Shown here piece after piece: positions 9,007-19,551 of a stretch of 64,000 nucleotides of DNA. Made by a program: the position numbers and the translations under genes. Location: the NCBI GenBank assembly GCA_017513085.1, contig JAFWDK010000016.1:32001-96000 (forward strand), read 5' to 3'. A model generated the notes under the pieces. The model was not told the DNA's origin. It saw only the letters and a list, made by a program, of their open reading frames with translations, and did not search any database. Position 1 is the stretch's first letter. Every line of letters starts with the position of its first letter. The stretch is from Clostridiales bacterium. Its GTDB lineage: Bacteria; Bacillota; Clostridia; Saccharofermentanales; Saccharofermentanaceae.

Positions 9007-11427
9007 TTATCGTTCATTCACGATTGTATTCACCTTGTTCTGGATGATATTGCTGACATCCTCAGCCGAACGTTGGCCGGAGAAGAAAGCAGGCATCTCT
9101 TCTGCAATGATGTTCAAAATGACCTCGTCTTCTCCAGAGCTTCGAGTCACCTGTTCAAGGAATTTTTCAAAACCGTCAATATCTTTCTCCGTCATGTCCA
9201 GCGGATACGGATCATTTCCATCAACATCGTAAAATTCCTCCGGGTGTTCCTTAAATCTTGCCTTATCTTCATTGTAGGTCTTGATCTCATTCTGCGCCAT
9301 GGAACGAAGAGCTTTACGGTAGATCGGGAATCCGTAATAGCTATTGGCCATTTCCGTCTGCATTTCTTCCTCAAAAAGGAAACGGATAAAATCCCAGGCA
9401 TCTTCCTTATACTCCGAGCCTGCCGCGATAGCGAATGAAGACGTCGCATCCGCGCTCAGACCTTTCTTGACATCCGACGGGACACCGATAAACGATACCT
9501 TGCCTTTTCTACGTATGCTATTGAACATATAACTCTCAAATGATCCTAGAGATATCTGCTCTAACGCAATCATGTCATTGTCGAATTTACCTTCATCAAT
9601 ACCATCAACACCCATTCCTATCGGTTTACTTGATTCGAACACGATAGGATCGTCCGGCATGGATTCGTTTCCGTACTTTTTACAGATCTCCATCAGTTTT
9701 TTAAATGATTCACTGTTGAATGAGACTTTTTTCTGATCAAAATCCACAAATTCATCAAGACTTTTACTCAGCATATCTCTCAGTAAGGTAAGCTTGTCAG
9801 CATATAATTCAAACACTGTCATTTTATCGGGAAGATTTGCAAACACCGAGTCAAATTCATCGTAAGTCCATCCGTCACGATCACCGATCACATCCTTGTT
9901 GGCAAGGAATCCGTCAACAGAAAAAGTCAACGGGATCTGGAAAAGCTTTCCATTGGTCTCAAACGCCCGGAAAATATTGTCGAAGTACTGGTCTCTCTGT
10001 AATCCGCTCGCGCCATCAATAAACGTATTCAGATCCACAAGGACCTTCTCATTATTGAACTGACTGCAATCGGCAAAATCCAGAAGGATATCCGGTCCGG
10101 AATGACTCAACATATCCAGATAAAGCGTATTGTAATAGTTCTCTGTTGTCTTTTCCGGCGCCTTCAAATACTGTTGTGCCATTTCTCCCGAATAGTCGTG
10201 GATAACGATTCTGGACTTTCTGTTCGGGTCTTTATTGTAATCGATAATATATTTCTGGATTCGAAGATCCGGCATATAGTTGCATCCCAGTTCGATGATC
10301 TGTTTACCGGCATTCGGGTTTTTTGCCGCACGTGTCAGCTTTGTAAAATAGATCTTTGTCTGTGTACCGCTCTTGGTCTTCGCGTCAACGATCTCCTCAC
10401 GCAAGAGACAGATCTCATTTTCGGACACAACATGAATACCTTGCTGGTTCAGATCACTATGCAGGATATCGGTTTCGTTCCAATCGATTATTGTTTCCGG
10501 ATCCTTCTTTCCCAGAAGATCGACTTTTTTGACGGAATTCGCGTCAAAAATATAATTTCCGTTTTTCTCCGGAATGACCGACATGGCAATATAAGAATCC
10601 GCTTCCACAGGATTTGAAATCTTCAGATTATCTATATCCAATTCATAAAGCTTTGTCGTACAGTTTGTGTAGTCTGCGTTCCAGATCTGAGAATAAACAT
10701 AATTCTTGCCATCCTGCTGATACACATTTCCGCTGAAACCTTCGATCTTGATCTCGCCGATTTCTTTTCCATTCGGGTCAAATACCGTCACTCCATCATA
10801 TGTGGTGGAAACATACTTTCCGTCATTCATAACGGATACTCTTCCATCCCATATAAAATCTGCGCTTCCGTCGAGCTTGGTCTCTTTTATTTTTTCTCCT
10901 TTAGGTGAAAACTCGCAAAGCGACAGGTTGTCCTGTGTTTTGACTTTAGTGTACGAGGTCACGAGGGCCAGGATCTCTCCGTTCGGGCCTTCGAACATAC
11001 GGCTTAAACTTTCCTGTTCGTTCGCGCGGATACGGCCGGTTTCTTCCAGATTCATGTTGAAAAAAACCGTACCGTTTTCATAGTACTGATTATATAATTT
11101 CATCCATTCGTTATATTCGGCTTCTTTCTCGAAATCGAGTTTTTCCATTTTCTTTTCGACGTCTTTCGGCATCTTATAGGAAAGGTAGTATGAAACCGCA
11201 ATGGTATCACCCAGGATCTGGTAATTATACAGATTAGATTCTGAAATCTCCTTGGAATCATCGTAGTTGAGCTTCACTTCTTTTTCCACGGCCTCAAAAT
11301 AAGCATCATCTTCCGAGACAACTTTCTTTTTTGTTTTTTTGTTGTTTTTGGAATTACAAGCCGCTGAAGACAACGCAAAAGATGCAGTCAGAATCAGCGC
11401 CAGAGCGCTTCTGATCGTTTTTTTCAT
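9007..11427 (-). CDS. Large ABC solute-binding lipoprotein (beta-rich N-terminal region plus family-1 SBP domain)
   Basis: Lipobox SAAC; C-terminal GPDILL...LVDLNTFID...WTYDEF...AWDFIRFL...IQNKV SBP pattern. Confidence 0.85.
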   Translation of the reverse strand: MKKTIRSALALILTASFALSSAACNSKNNKKTKKKVVSEDDAYFEAVEKEVKLNYDDSKEISESNLYNYQILGDTIAVSYYLSYKMPKDVEKKMEKLDFEKEAEYNEWMKLYNQYYENGTVFFNMNLEETGRIRANEQESLSRMFEGPNGEILALVTSYTKVKTQDNLSLCEFSPKGEKIKETKLDGSADFIWDGRVSVMNDGKYVSTTYDGVTVFDPNGKEIGEIKIEGFSGNVYQQDGKNYVYSQIWNADYTNCTTKLYELDIDNLKISNPVEADSYIAMSVIPEKNGNYIFDANSVKKVDLLGKKDPETIIDWNETDILHSDLNQQGIHVVSENEICLLREEIVDAKTKSGTQTKIYFTKLTRAAKNPNAGKQIIELGCNYMPDLRIQKYIIDYNKDPNRKSRIVIHDYSGEMAQQYLKAPEKTTENYYNTLYLDMLSHSGPDILLDFADCSQFNNEKVLVDLNTFIDGASGLQRDQYFDNIFRAFETNGKLFQIPLTFSVDGFLANKDVIGDRDGWTYDEFDSVFANLPDKMTVFELYADKLTLLRDMLSKSLDEFVDFDQKKVSFNSESFKKLMEICKKYGNESMPDDPIVFESSKPIGMGVDGIDEGKFDNDMIALEQISLGSFESYMFNSIRRKGKVSFIGVPSDVKKGLSADATSSFAIAAGSEYKEDAWDFIRFLFEEEMQTEMANSYYGFPIYRKALRSMAQNEIKTYNEDKARFKEHPEEFYDVDGNDPYPLDMTEKDIDGFEKFLEQVTRSSGEDEVILNIIAEEMPAFFSGQRSAEDVSNIIQNKVNTIVNER

Positions 11428-11559
11428 AAATACTAACCTCCGTTTATGTGCATAACGTTACCCTGAATTCATTTAACATTATAGGCACGAAAACAGCATT
11501 CCACATAACTTTTTCGTCACAAACCCTGCTTTGGAAAACCTTGTAATGAAAATGAAAAA

Positions 11560-13158
11560 TCAGTCGTAATTCTCCAGCATACCTTTGGCACAGTTAAAGA
11601 AGATCAATGCCGCAATCAGGTTGATGCCGGACAGGATCAGAAAGGTCAGCGGGAAGTACGAAGAAGACATCGCATTCAACGATCTTCCGACATCCATGCC
11701 GACAGAGAATTCGAAAATGAATACGGCAGTAATGATCAGGAGCGTCAGTACCATGCGGCTGTTCTTGGTGGCCGAAAGTGTCAGCAAGCGCGCAGAGGTC
11801 AAATAAACAGCAGCGAAGAACAATGCCGCGGATGCATAAAACAAAGTGGCGCAAGGCACATAAGCCAGATGAAGTCTTGCGAAACAGGCAACGACGGAAA
11901 AGCAGATCAGCCCCTCAATGCAAGCTTTCCAGACAATGGCGAGGGAAGTATAAAACAGTTTTTTCACAGAGCCGCCCGGCATAATGTATATATATGGTTT
12001 TCTAAGTTCATCCACAAGACGCCCGGTGGCCACGGAAAAGAACAACACATAGCACATGATCAGAACACCGAAAATGCTCATGACCTGCGGATACATTCCC
12101 TTTTTCATCAAGCTATGAAGTGTCGCGCCAAGAAGGATCGATATACCCAGGACCAGTAATGACGATTGGTCAAACAGAGGGAAAAGACTTCTTCTCTGCT
12201 CGGTCAGCTGCCTCTGAAAAAGCACTGCCGTTCCGCTCCTTTTTCCGAAAAGTTTGGATCGTCCGACTCGTGCGGAGCTGCTTTCCGAGCGAAGGAGCAG
12301 ACTCGTCTTTTCATCGATTCCGGAGTATGCATAAAGGTTTCCGGTAGAGGTCAGAACATCTTCATAGTAATCTGACTTGGTCCTTGAAACCAGGAAGATC
12401 CCCAGCAATGGTAAAAACATCGTCAGCGAAGCATACATGAGAGCATCAGCATATTCTCCGGCCATGGCATGGATCAGGAAACCGGCTGTCCATCCACCGA
12501 TAGGAAGCTGGTGAAGGAACGGTTTGTTAAAGAAAGCGAATGCCGCTTCCACGGCGTTGCCGCTTCGCCAGATATTGAATGAAAGACCTAATATGACGCC
12601 ACCCGCCAGAATGTACGGGATCACAAGCACGATCTTTCGAAGGATCGGATGCGTCGCGGTAAGAGAATACAGAGCTATGGAAAGGATCGAGCAGGAAAGC
12701 GAGATCATGAGCCAGGCGATCATAAGTATGAGCATCTCCTTGATCCAAAGACCAAAATACATACGAAGATTGATCAACTGCATCAGAAGGAATAATGTTG
12801 CGATCAGACTGATCGAAAATTGTCGTAATATGCCATACATCAGGATCCGGTTCGGAGAGATCGGTGATACGAACATATTGCTGATATCGGCCGGACTGAA
12901 GAATGAACTTCCCCGCTTGACGCCTATGATCAAGGCCAGGAAGGTAAATCCCATAAACACAAAAGTCGCTCCGCTCTGAAAACGTGGTACGGCATTGGCG
13001 ATGATGTGTGTCTCACCGATGTTGGTAGTTACTTCCCAGAAATAGAACGCGAAATACAGGATCACCACAGCCGCCGCAACCCAGAACTGCACCGAGTGCA
13101 TCCGCTTTTTCATGCGGTTTTTGAACTGCGTATATAAAACATAGATACAAGCACTCAT
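11560..13158 (-). CDS. Putative ABC exporter permease
   Basis: About 12 TM, FSPADISNMFVSPISP, DYYEDVL motif; overlaps ATPase stop. Confidence 0.8.
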   Translation of the reverse strand: MSACIYVLYTQFKNRMKKRMHSVQFWVAAAVVILYFAFYFWEVTTNIGETHIIANAVPRFQSGATFVFMGFTFLALIIGVKRGSSFFSPADISNMFVSPISPNRILMYGILRQFSISLIATLFLLMQLINLRMYFGLWIKEMLILMIAWLMISLSCSILSIALYSLTATHPILRKIVLVIPYILAGGVILGLSFNIWRSGNAVEAAFAFFNKPFLHQLPIGGWTAGFLIHAMAGEYADALMYASLTMFLPLLGIFLVSRTKSDYYEDVLTSTGNLYAYSGIDEKTSLLLRSESSSARVGRSKLFGKRSGTAVLFQRQLTEQRRSLFPLFDQSSLLVLGISILLGATLHSLMKKGMYPQVMSIFGVLIMCYVLFFSVATGRLVDELRKPYIYIMPGGSVKKLFYTSLAIVWKACIEGLICFSVVACFARLHLAYVPCATLFYASAALFFAAVYLTSARLLTLSATKNSRMVLTLLIITAVFIFEFSVGMDVGRSLNAMSSSYFPLTFLILSGINLIAALIFFNCAKGMLENYD

Positions 13159-14117
13159 TGATGATCCTTCTTCTTACTCTTTGCCTTCTTTTCTTTCTTC
13201 TCCTTTTTAGTCGGAGGTGGTGAAGGACGGTGTTTCTCCCGAATGTGTTCGGTTACCGGAGCGAGATCCGGATCATCGGCTTCTTCTATTGGAACAGTTT
13301 CTGCCAGTGTCTTGGGTTTCTCCTGTGTTTCTTCGATCTTAACGGGAACCTCTTTCTTCTTTTTCTGTTTGGATGCCGGCTTCGCCTCTTCGTTTTTCGG
13401 CGCTACGATTTCCGGCTTCTCGGTTTCTTCGAAGAAGATCGTCTCCAGTGATGCGGCCTCGAGATCTTTGACCTCATCTTTGGTATGGCAGGACAATACA
13501 CGTCCGCGCGAAAGGATATAGGCTTTATCCCAGATCCCTTCCACAGAAGCAATCATGTGCGTGGATACAACGATCGCCACACCCTTCTTCTTCAGGTTCA
13601 AGACCAGGGTTTTGAGTTCTTTTATCGCATGCGGATCCAGACCGATCATCGGCTCATCCAGAAGGAGAAGTTTCGGATGCGGAAGCAGTGCGCAGATAAT
13701 AGAAACCTTCTGCTGCATACCCTTGGACAGATCCTTGCAAAGATTTTTACGTCTTTCGGTCAGGCGGAACCGTGTGATCAGATCTTCAAGGTCAGCCGAG
13801 GCCTGCGCACGGTCCAGTTTATATGCACGTATGATGAACTCGAATTGTTCTTCCATGGTGAGCATATCGTAAAGGCACGGATATTCCGGGACATACCCGA
13901 AAAGGCGCTTGGCTTCATCGGACTGGGCAGGGAAACCGTCGACAGTGATCTCGCCGTCATGCCGAAGAAGCCCCAGTATGCACTTGATGGCCGTGGATTT
14001 ACCTGCGCCGTTCGGACCTAGAAGGATGCTGATCTCACCTTCTTTACAATCCAGAGAAATATCCCGGTTTACAACTTGTTTGCCGAATTTCTTGGTAAGC
14101 CCCCGCACCTTAAGCAT
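13155..14117 (-). CDS. ABC transporter ATP-binding protein with Lys/Glu/Pro-rich tail
   Basis: GPNGAGKS, LSKGMQQK, LLLDEP, H-loop STH. Confidence 0.92.
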   Translation of the reverse strand: MLKVRGLTKKFGKQVVNRDISLDCKEGEISILLGPNGAGKSTAIKCILGLLRHDGEITVDGFPAQSDEAKRLFGYVPEYPCLYDMLTMEEQFEFIIRAYKLDRAQASADLEDLITRFRLTERRKNLCKDLSKGMQQKVSIICALLPHPKLLLLDEPMIGLDPHAIKELKTLVLNLKKKGVAIVVSTHMIASVEGIWDKAYILSRGRVLSCHTKDEVKDLEAASLETIFFEETEKPEIVAPKNEEAKPASKQKKKKEVPVKIEETQEKPKTLAETVPIEEADDPDLAPVTEHIREKHRPSPPPTKKEKKEKKAKSKKKDHQ

Positions 14118-14361
14118 AATATTCACCTTCAACCCAAAATAATAAGCAGTTTTAGTCTAGCATTTTTTCGATTTTTCGACCATTCTTTTCACAAAATATT
14201 GATTTTCATTTTATTGTAGTCTTTAATATGAGATATGATTTTCATTTTTACAGAAGCACGTCTAGCGCGTAATGCGGCGTCTGTCGTTCAAAATGGCGTC
14301 TACGCCCCGGAACAAGACGAAAATCAATAAAGATAAGTGCTTCTGGAAAGGATGGGGGAGT

Positions 14362-15234
14362 ATGTTTAAGATCGTAACCAAGCGTCAACTTAACGAAGCT
14401 GTCACACTCATGGAGGTCGAGGCACCGTACATTGCGGCAAAGGCCAAGGCAGGCCAGTTCATCATCTTTCGTATCGACCAGTTCGGCGAGCGTGTGCCGC
14501 TGACGATTGCGGATCACGATGCCGACAAGGGCACCGTCACGATCATTTTCCAGGCTGTCGGCAGCTCGACAAAAGCACTTGCGCAGTTGAACGAGGGTGA
14601 TTACATCCTTGATTTCGTCGGTCCTCTTGGCAATGCGACCGAGATCGAAGGTTATAAAAATGTATGCGTTGTCGGAGGCGGTGTCGGTTGCGCGATCGCT
14701 TATCCTTCTGCAAAAGCACTGCATGAGGCCGGTGCACATGTCGATATGATCGCCGGTTTCCGTAATAAGGACATCGTTATTCTTGAAGACGAGATGCGTG
14801 CGGTCAGCGACAACCTTTACGTGACCACCGACGATGGTTCTTATGGTGAGAAAGGTTTTGTCACCAATAAACTCCAGTCTTTGATCGATGCCGGGAATAA
14901 CTATGATCTGGTCATCGCGATCGGACCGATCCCGATGATGAAGTTCCTGTCTGAAGTGACCCGTCCATATGGGATCAAGACTCTCGTCAGTCTGAACCCG
15001 ATCATGATCGACGGTACCGGAATGTGCGGTGGTTGCCGTGTTACCGTTGGCGGTAAGATCCGTTTCGCTTGCGTAGACGGACCGGATTTTGACGGACACG
15101 AGGTCGACTTCGACGAACTTATGAGAAGAAATACTTACTACAAAACACAGGAACGTGAGCGCGCCGATCATGAGTGCCGCATCCTGAAGATGGGCGAACA
15201 GGCCGAAACTTCCGAGCAGAAGGAGGGAAAGTAA
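14362..15234 (+). CDS. nfnA: Electron-bifurcating transhydrogenase small subunit (NfnA/NfnS)
   Basis: AGQFII...ERVPLT, GGGVG, DGTGMCGGCRV...CVDGP [2Fe-2S] motif; directly upstream of nfnB. Confidence 0.9.
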   Translation: MFKIVTKRQLNEAVTLMEVEAPYIAAKAKAGQFIIFRIDQFGERVPLTIADHDADKGTVTIIFQAVGSSTKALAQLNEGDYILDFVGPLGNATEIEGYKNVCVVGGGVGCAIAYPSAKALHEAGAHVDMIAGFRNKDIVILEDEMRAVSDNLYVTTDDGSYGEKGFVTNKLQSLIDAGNNYDLVIAIGPIPMMKFLSEVTRPYGIKTLVSLNPIMIDGTGMCGGCRVTVGGKIRFACVDGPDFDGHEVDFDELMRRNTYYKTQERERADHECRILKMGEQAETSEQKEGK

Positions 15235-15235
15235 T

Positions 15236-16624
15236 ATGGCGAATACATCAAAGACCAAAGTTCCTATGCCGGAGCAGAAGCCGGATGTACGAAATACGAA
15301 TTTTGATGAGGTTGCTCTCGGCTATACCGAAGAAATGGCAAAAGAGGAAGCGACCCGGTGCCTGAACTGCCCGACTCATCCCTGTGTCAGCGGTTGTCCG
15401 GTAAATGTACGCATTCCTGACTTTATTGCTAAAGTCGTAGCAGGCGATTTTGAAGCAGCATATCAGATCATCACGGCGACGAACTGTCTGCCGGCCGTCT
15501 GCGGACGTGTCTGCACACAGGAGAGCCAGTGCGAGAGTAAATGTGTGCGCGGGAAAGCCGGCGAGAGCGTCGGTATCGGACGTCTGGAGCGTTTTGTCGC
15601 AGATTATCACATGGCTCATGTAAAAGAGTCTGTTCCCGAGATCAAGACAAATGGTCATCGAGTAGCCGTTATCGGTTCCGGTCCGTCCGGCCTGACATGC
15701 GCAGGTGACCTGGCACGTCTCGGTTATAAAGTCACGATCTTTGAAGCTTTTCATAAGGCCGGCGGTGTGCTTGTCTATGGTATTCCAGAGTTCCGTCTTC
15801 CTAAAGCGATCGTGCAAAAAGAAGTCGATCGTCTGGAAACTCTCGGCGTAGAAGTACGCACGAATTTCGTCATCGGTAAGACTCTGACCGTAGATGAGCT
15901 TTTCTCGGAAGGTTATGAGGCGATCTTTATCGGATCCGGCGCAGGTCTTCCTTCTTTCATGGGTATCGAGGGCGAGTCCCTCATCGGTGTATATTCTGCA
16001 AATGAATATCTTACCCGAGTAAATCTCATGAAGGCATACAGTGATAAATATGACACACCGATCCGCAAGAGCCGTTCCGTAGCCGTTGTCGGTGGTGGTA
16101 ACGTGGCTATGGATGCTGCCCGCACCGCCAAGCGTCTTGGCGCAGAGAAGGTCTATATCGTATACCGCCGTTCCGAAGCGGAGATGCCGGCCCGTGCCGA
16201 AGAAGTGCATCATGCTAAGGAAGAGGGCATCGAGTTTATGTGCCTGAATAATCCTGTCAAGATCCTCGGAAGTGAAAACGGCGAAGTCCGTGCCATCGAG
16301 GTCATCTCCATGGAACTTGGCGAGCCGGATGCTTCCGGAAGAAGAAAACCGGTTGCCGTAGCAGGTTCCGAACACGAGATCGAGGTCGATACCGTGATCA
16401 TGTCCATCGGTACCTCTCCGAACCCTCTGATCCGCAGTACCACAGAAGGCCTGGATGCCACTTCCCGCGGATGTCTCGTCACAGATGAAAACATGGCTAC
16501 TTCCCGTCCGGGTGTCTACGCCGGCGGAGATGCCGTCACCGGTGCAGCCACCGTCATTCTGGCAATGGGTGCCGGAAAGAAAGCCGCAGCCGCTATCGAC
16601 AAATACATTCAGGAAAAAGGCTGA
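15236..16624 (+). CDS. nfnB: Electron-bifurcating transhydrogenase large subunit (NfnB/NfnL; GltD-like)
   Basis: RCLNC...CVSGCP, CGRVC...QCE, GSGPSG and GGGNVA Rossmann motifs, GGDAVTGAATV. Confidence 0.9.
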   Translation: MANTSKTKVPMPEQKPDVRNTNFDEVALGYTEEMAKEEATRCLNCPTHPCVSGCPVNVRIPDFIAKVVAGDFEAAYQIITATNCLPAVCGRVCTQESQCESKCVRGKAGESVGIGRLERFVADYHMAHVKESVPEIKTNGHRVAVIGSGPSGLTCAGDLARLGYKVTIFEAFHKAGGVLVYGIPEFRLPKAIVQKEVDRLETLGVEVRTNFVIGKTLTVDELFSEGYEAIFIGSGAGLPSFMGIEGESLIGVYSANEYLTRVNLMKAYSDKYDTPIRKSRSVAVVGGGNVAMDAARTAKRLGAEKVYIVYRRSEAEMPARAEEVHHAKEEGIEFMCLNNPVKILGSENGEVRAIEVISMELGEPDASGRRKPVAVAGSEHEIEVDTVIMSIGTSPNPLIRSTTEGLDATSRGCLVTDENMATSRPGVYAGGDAVTGAATVILAMGAGKKAAAAIDKYIQEKG

Positions 16625-16662
16625 GTTCTTTTAACACCGGATCTGAATAAAGATATTTATTG

Positions 16663-16691
16663 AAAGAGTCATGTTTATGCATGACTCTTTT
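16663..16691 (+). terminator. Intrinsic terminator after nfnB
   Basis: AAAGAGTCATG/CATGACTCTTT inverted repeat ending in a T run. Confidence 0.75.
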
Positions 16692-16791
16692 GTCATGCAA
16701 AATTGATATATTTTTGCTAGTATAGATTGGGAATGGGGACGAGATGCGCGATAGGGTCGTGCAGATCGAAATACTGATTTGGCGAGGTCCT

Positions 16792-18438
16792 ATGAAAAAA
16801 TCACTTTCAATCTGCAAGTGCGGTATTCCGCTTCTTGTCACACTTTTATTTCTTTCATCCTGTCATAAGGCAATAACAGCGCCGGAAACACAGTTGACTT
16901 CTACGGAACAGACTTCTTCCATATCTTCAAGTGAAAGCTCTCTCTCTTCCGCAGATGCAGAAGAAAGTACTTCTTCTTCGGATCAGGATCCTATTTCCCC
17001 TGGTTTTTCAAGTGCATCTTTTATCTCCGCGGACGATGATCTCGCTTTGGAGTTCAAGAAACTTCCGGGCGTGACCAAGGTGGAGCGAAGATCAGCTTTT
17101 AACCAGAATCAGTACATTCTTTCCTTCGATATGCCGATCGACCATAACGATCCCGGGAAAGGAACGTTTACCCAGAGAATGTATGTGTACTATAAAGACA
17201 AAGATGCGCCCAACATGTTCAATGTCGGAGGATATGATCTTTACTACGGTAGTTATGACGGTGATTTCTATGATGAGATGGAGCCTCTTTTTTCCAAAAC
17301 ATATAACTGCAACTTTTTCGAAGCAGAATACCGGTTTGACGGACTGTCCAAACCACAAGGATTTCAAAACGAGAAAACGGACTATTGGGAATATCTGACA
17401 TGTGCCCAGGCCAGTGAAGATTTCCATACCATGATTGAAAGCATGAAGACGCTTTTTTCTGGGAAATGGTGCTTCGAGGGAATGAGTAAAGGCGGGGAGT
17501 TTACTGCATACCACCTTTCCCGCTATCCGGACGATGCCGATCTTTTTCTCGCGGAATGCGCCATGCTTGATCTGGGACAGAATACTCCCGGACTCTGCGA
17601 GTATGTGTATTCCACTGCCGGAGACGATCGCTATGGCAAGGAAAAAGCACAGGAATACAGAGACCTTCTCCTGGAGTTCCAGGTGGAAATGATCAAGCAC
17701 AGAGACGATCTAGAGGACAAATACTATGATCTGGCTACCAACTACTATAGTGTGGTATTTGCTCCCGCTTTCACGAAAGAGATCCTATTCGACTGTACGG
17801 TCCTGGATGCAAGATATGTTTACCAGTACGATAGCACCGACACGCCTGAAGGTGACTATTTCAAACGAATGAGGGAAGTACTGGATCTGAAAGACGCTAA
17901 CGGTGCATCCGAGAGAGCCATGTTTGTAGATAAAGCCTGCGATCTGCTTACGGATCTATACGGCCCGTGGCAGTATGCCTATTCCGAACACGATACGATC
18001 TCTGATCCGGAGAGCGGGAACCTCTATGGTTTTCTGTTCCAATGTTTCTTCGAAGACGGGTATTACAACTACGATTTTTCCTATTTGCGTCAAGCACTGG
18101 AAAAGGACGGCAGCGGAGCATCCCTGTACATCACGGAAGAAATGGAACCGGATGTGTACGGATACCGGATCCCCGAGCACCACAAGAATCTATTCTCCTA
18201 CTCGCCGGATGTCAGAAACGCCAGGCGCCGTGCCGTGGAAAACACCACAACACCTCTGATCCTGGTCAACGGCCTGAGTGATATCTATCAGGCTGCGGAA
18301 ATAAAAGAATCCAAAAACCCCAACACGCACATCTTCAACATACCAAGTTCTTTTCACGACGAATGCACACTCGACTACTTAAGCGAGGAGCAGTTCAAAG
18401 AATACGACGCGATCGTACGTGAGGCATTAGGGATCTGA
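16792..18438 (+). CDS. Lipoprotein serine peptidase, S28/S37 (PS-10-like) family
   Basis: Lipobox LSSC, Ser-rich linker, PIDHNDP..GTFTQR, EYRF, nucleophile elbow GMSKGG. Confidence 0.75.
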   Translation: MKKSLSICKCGIPLLVTLLFLSSCHKAITAPETQLTSTEQTSSISSSESSLSSADAEESTSSSDQDPISPGFSSASFISADDDLALEFKKLPGVTKVERRSAFNQNQYILSFDMPIDHNDPGKGTFTQRMYVYYKDKDAPNMFNVGGYDLYYGSYDGDFYDEMEPLFSKTYNCNFFEAEYRFDGLSKPQGFQNEKTDYWEYLTCAQASEDFHTMIESMKTLFSGKWCFEGMSKGGEFTAYHLSRYPDDADLFLAECAMLDLGQNTPGLCEYVYSTAGDDRYGKEKAQEYRDLLLEFQVEMIKHRDDLEDKYYDLATNYYSVVFAPAFTKEILFDCTVLDARYVYQYDSTDTPEGDYFKRMREVLDLKDANGASERAMFVDKACDLLTDLYGPWQYAYSEHDTISDPESGNLYGFLFQCFFEDGYYNYDFSYLRQALEKDGSGASLYITEEMEPDVYGYRIPEHHKNLFSYSPDVRNARRRAVENTTTPLILVNGLSDIYQAAEIKESKNPNTHIFNIPSSFHDECTLDYLSEEQFKEYDAIVREALGI

Positions 18439-18508
18439 GACATCTTACCGGCCGGTATCTATTCACTTGAATATGAAGTTGCTATAATACTTGCCGAGGT
18501 GAATCATT

Positions 18509-19474
18509 ATGAAGATCGTAGTACTTGACGGATATACCCTGAATCCGGGAGATATTTCCTGGGAACCATTTGAAAAGCTCGGCGAACTGGTAGTCTATGA
18601 CTACACGGCGCCTTCCGAGGTCTTCGAGCGACTTTCCGGCGTTTCGGTCTGCCTGACCAACAAAACCTGTTTCCCGAAAGAAGTGCTGGAAAAGCTTCCG
18701 GACCTTCGCTACATCGGCTGTCTTTCCACCGGCTTTAACGTCGTGGACATTGAGTACGCCCACGAGCACGGCATTATCGTGACGAATATTCCGGAGTACG
18801 CCACCTTCGCCACCGCGCAGATGACGATTGCCCTGATCCTGGAGATTGCGGATAAGGTTGGTCATCACAGTGACCTCGTGCATGAGGGCGTCTGGACGAA
18901 GAATCGCGATTTCTGTTTCTGGGACGGCTCCCTGACTGAGCTCTGGGGCAAGACCCTCGGGCTTTTCGGTTTTGGAAAGATCGCTTCCCGTGTGTCGAAG
19001 ATCGCGTCCGCACTGGGCATGCGTGTTCTCGCCTGCCGCCGTTCCGAAGTGACCGAAGAGATGCGTCAGGCCGATCCGCAGGTCACCTTTGTTGATGCAG
19101 ACACCCTTTGGAAAGAGTCGGACATCCTCTCCTTCCACTGCCCGTTGACCGCAGCGACCACCGGCCTCGTCAATGACGAGATCATCGCGAAAATGAAAGA
19201 CGGCGTAGTCCTGATCAACACTTCCCGTGGCCCCGTTCTGGACGAATCTTCCGTAGCACGGGCACTTGCTTCTGGAAAGATCGCAGCGCTCGGTGCCGAT
19301 GTCGTCAGTGTCGAACCGATCCGGGAAGACAATCCTCTTCTCTCTGCACCGAACACGTATCTCACCCCACATATCGCCTGGGCGCCTTTTGAAACCAGAA
19401 AACGCCTGATGGGCGTCGCGTCCGAAAACCTCGCGGCCTATTTGTCGGGCACACCTGTCAACGTGGTTTCCTAA
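18509..19474 (+). CDS. D-2-hydroxyacid (glycerate-type) dehydrogenase
   Basis: MKIVVLDGYTLNPGD, GFGKIA, HCPLT, INTSRG, TPHIAWA. Confidence 0.9.
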   Translation: MKIVVLDGYTLNPGDISWEPFEKLGELVVYDYTAPSEVFERLSGVSVCLTNKTCFPKEVLEKLPDLRYIGCLSTGFNVVDIEYAHEHGIIVTNIPEYATFATAQMTIALILEIADKVGHHSDLVHEGVWTKNRDFCFWDGSLTELWGKTLGLFGFGKIASRVSKIASALGMRVLACRRSEVTEEMRQADPQVTFVDADTLWKESDILSFHCPLTAATTGLVNDEIIAKMKDGVVLINTSRGPVLDESSVARALASGKIAALGADVVSVEPIREDNPLLSAPNTYLTPHIAWAPFETRKRLMGVASENLAAYLSGTPVNVVS

Positions 19475-19551
19475 AAGTTTGGCAAGTACCGCCGTTTGTG
19501 GTATTCTTAATCAAGTTTGTCAGATTATTCGAATAAAAAAGGAGTCTAGAA

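Noticed and set aside
14177-14194. Rex operator upstream of nfnAB
   Set aside because: Only the TTCACAA half-site is present; the left half does not match TTGTGAA.
15236-16624. Glutamate synthase small subunit (gltA/gltD) call
   Set aside because: No large subunit nearby, and pairing with an NfnA-type gene indicates NfnAB.
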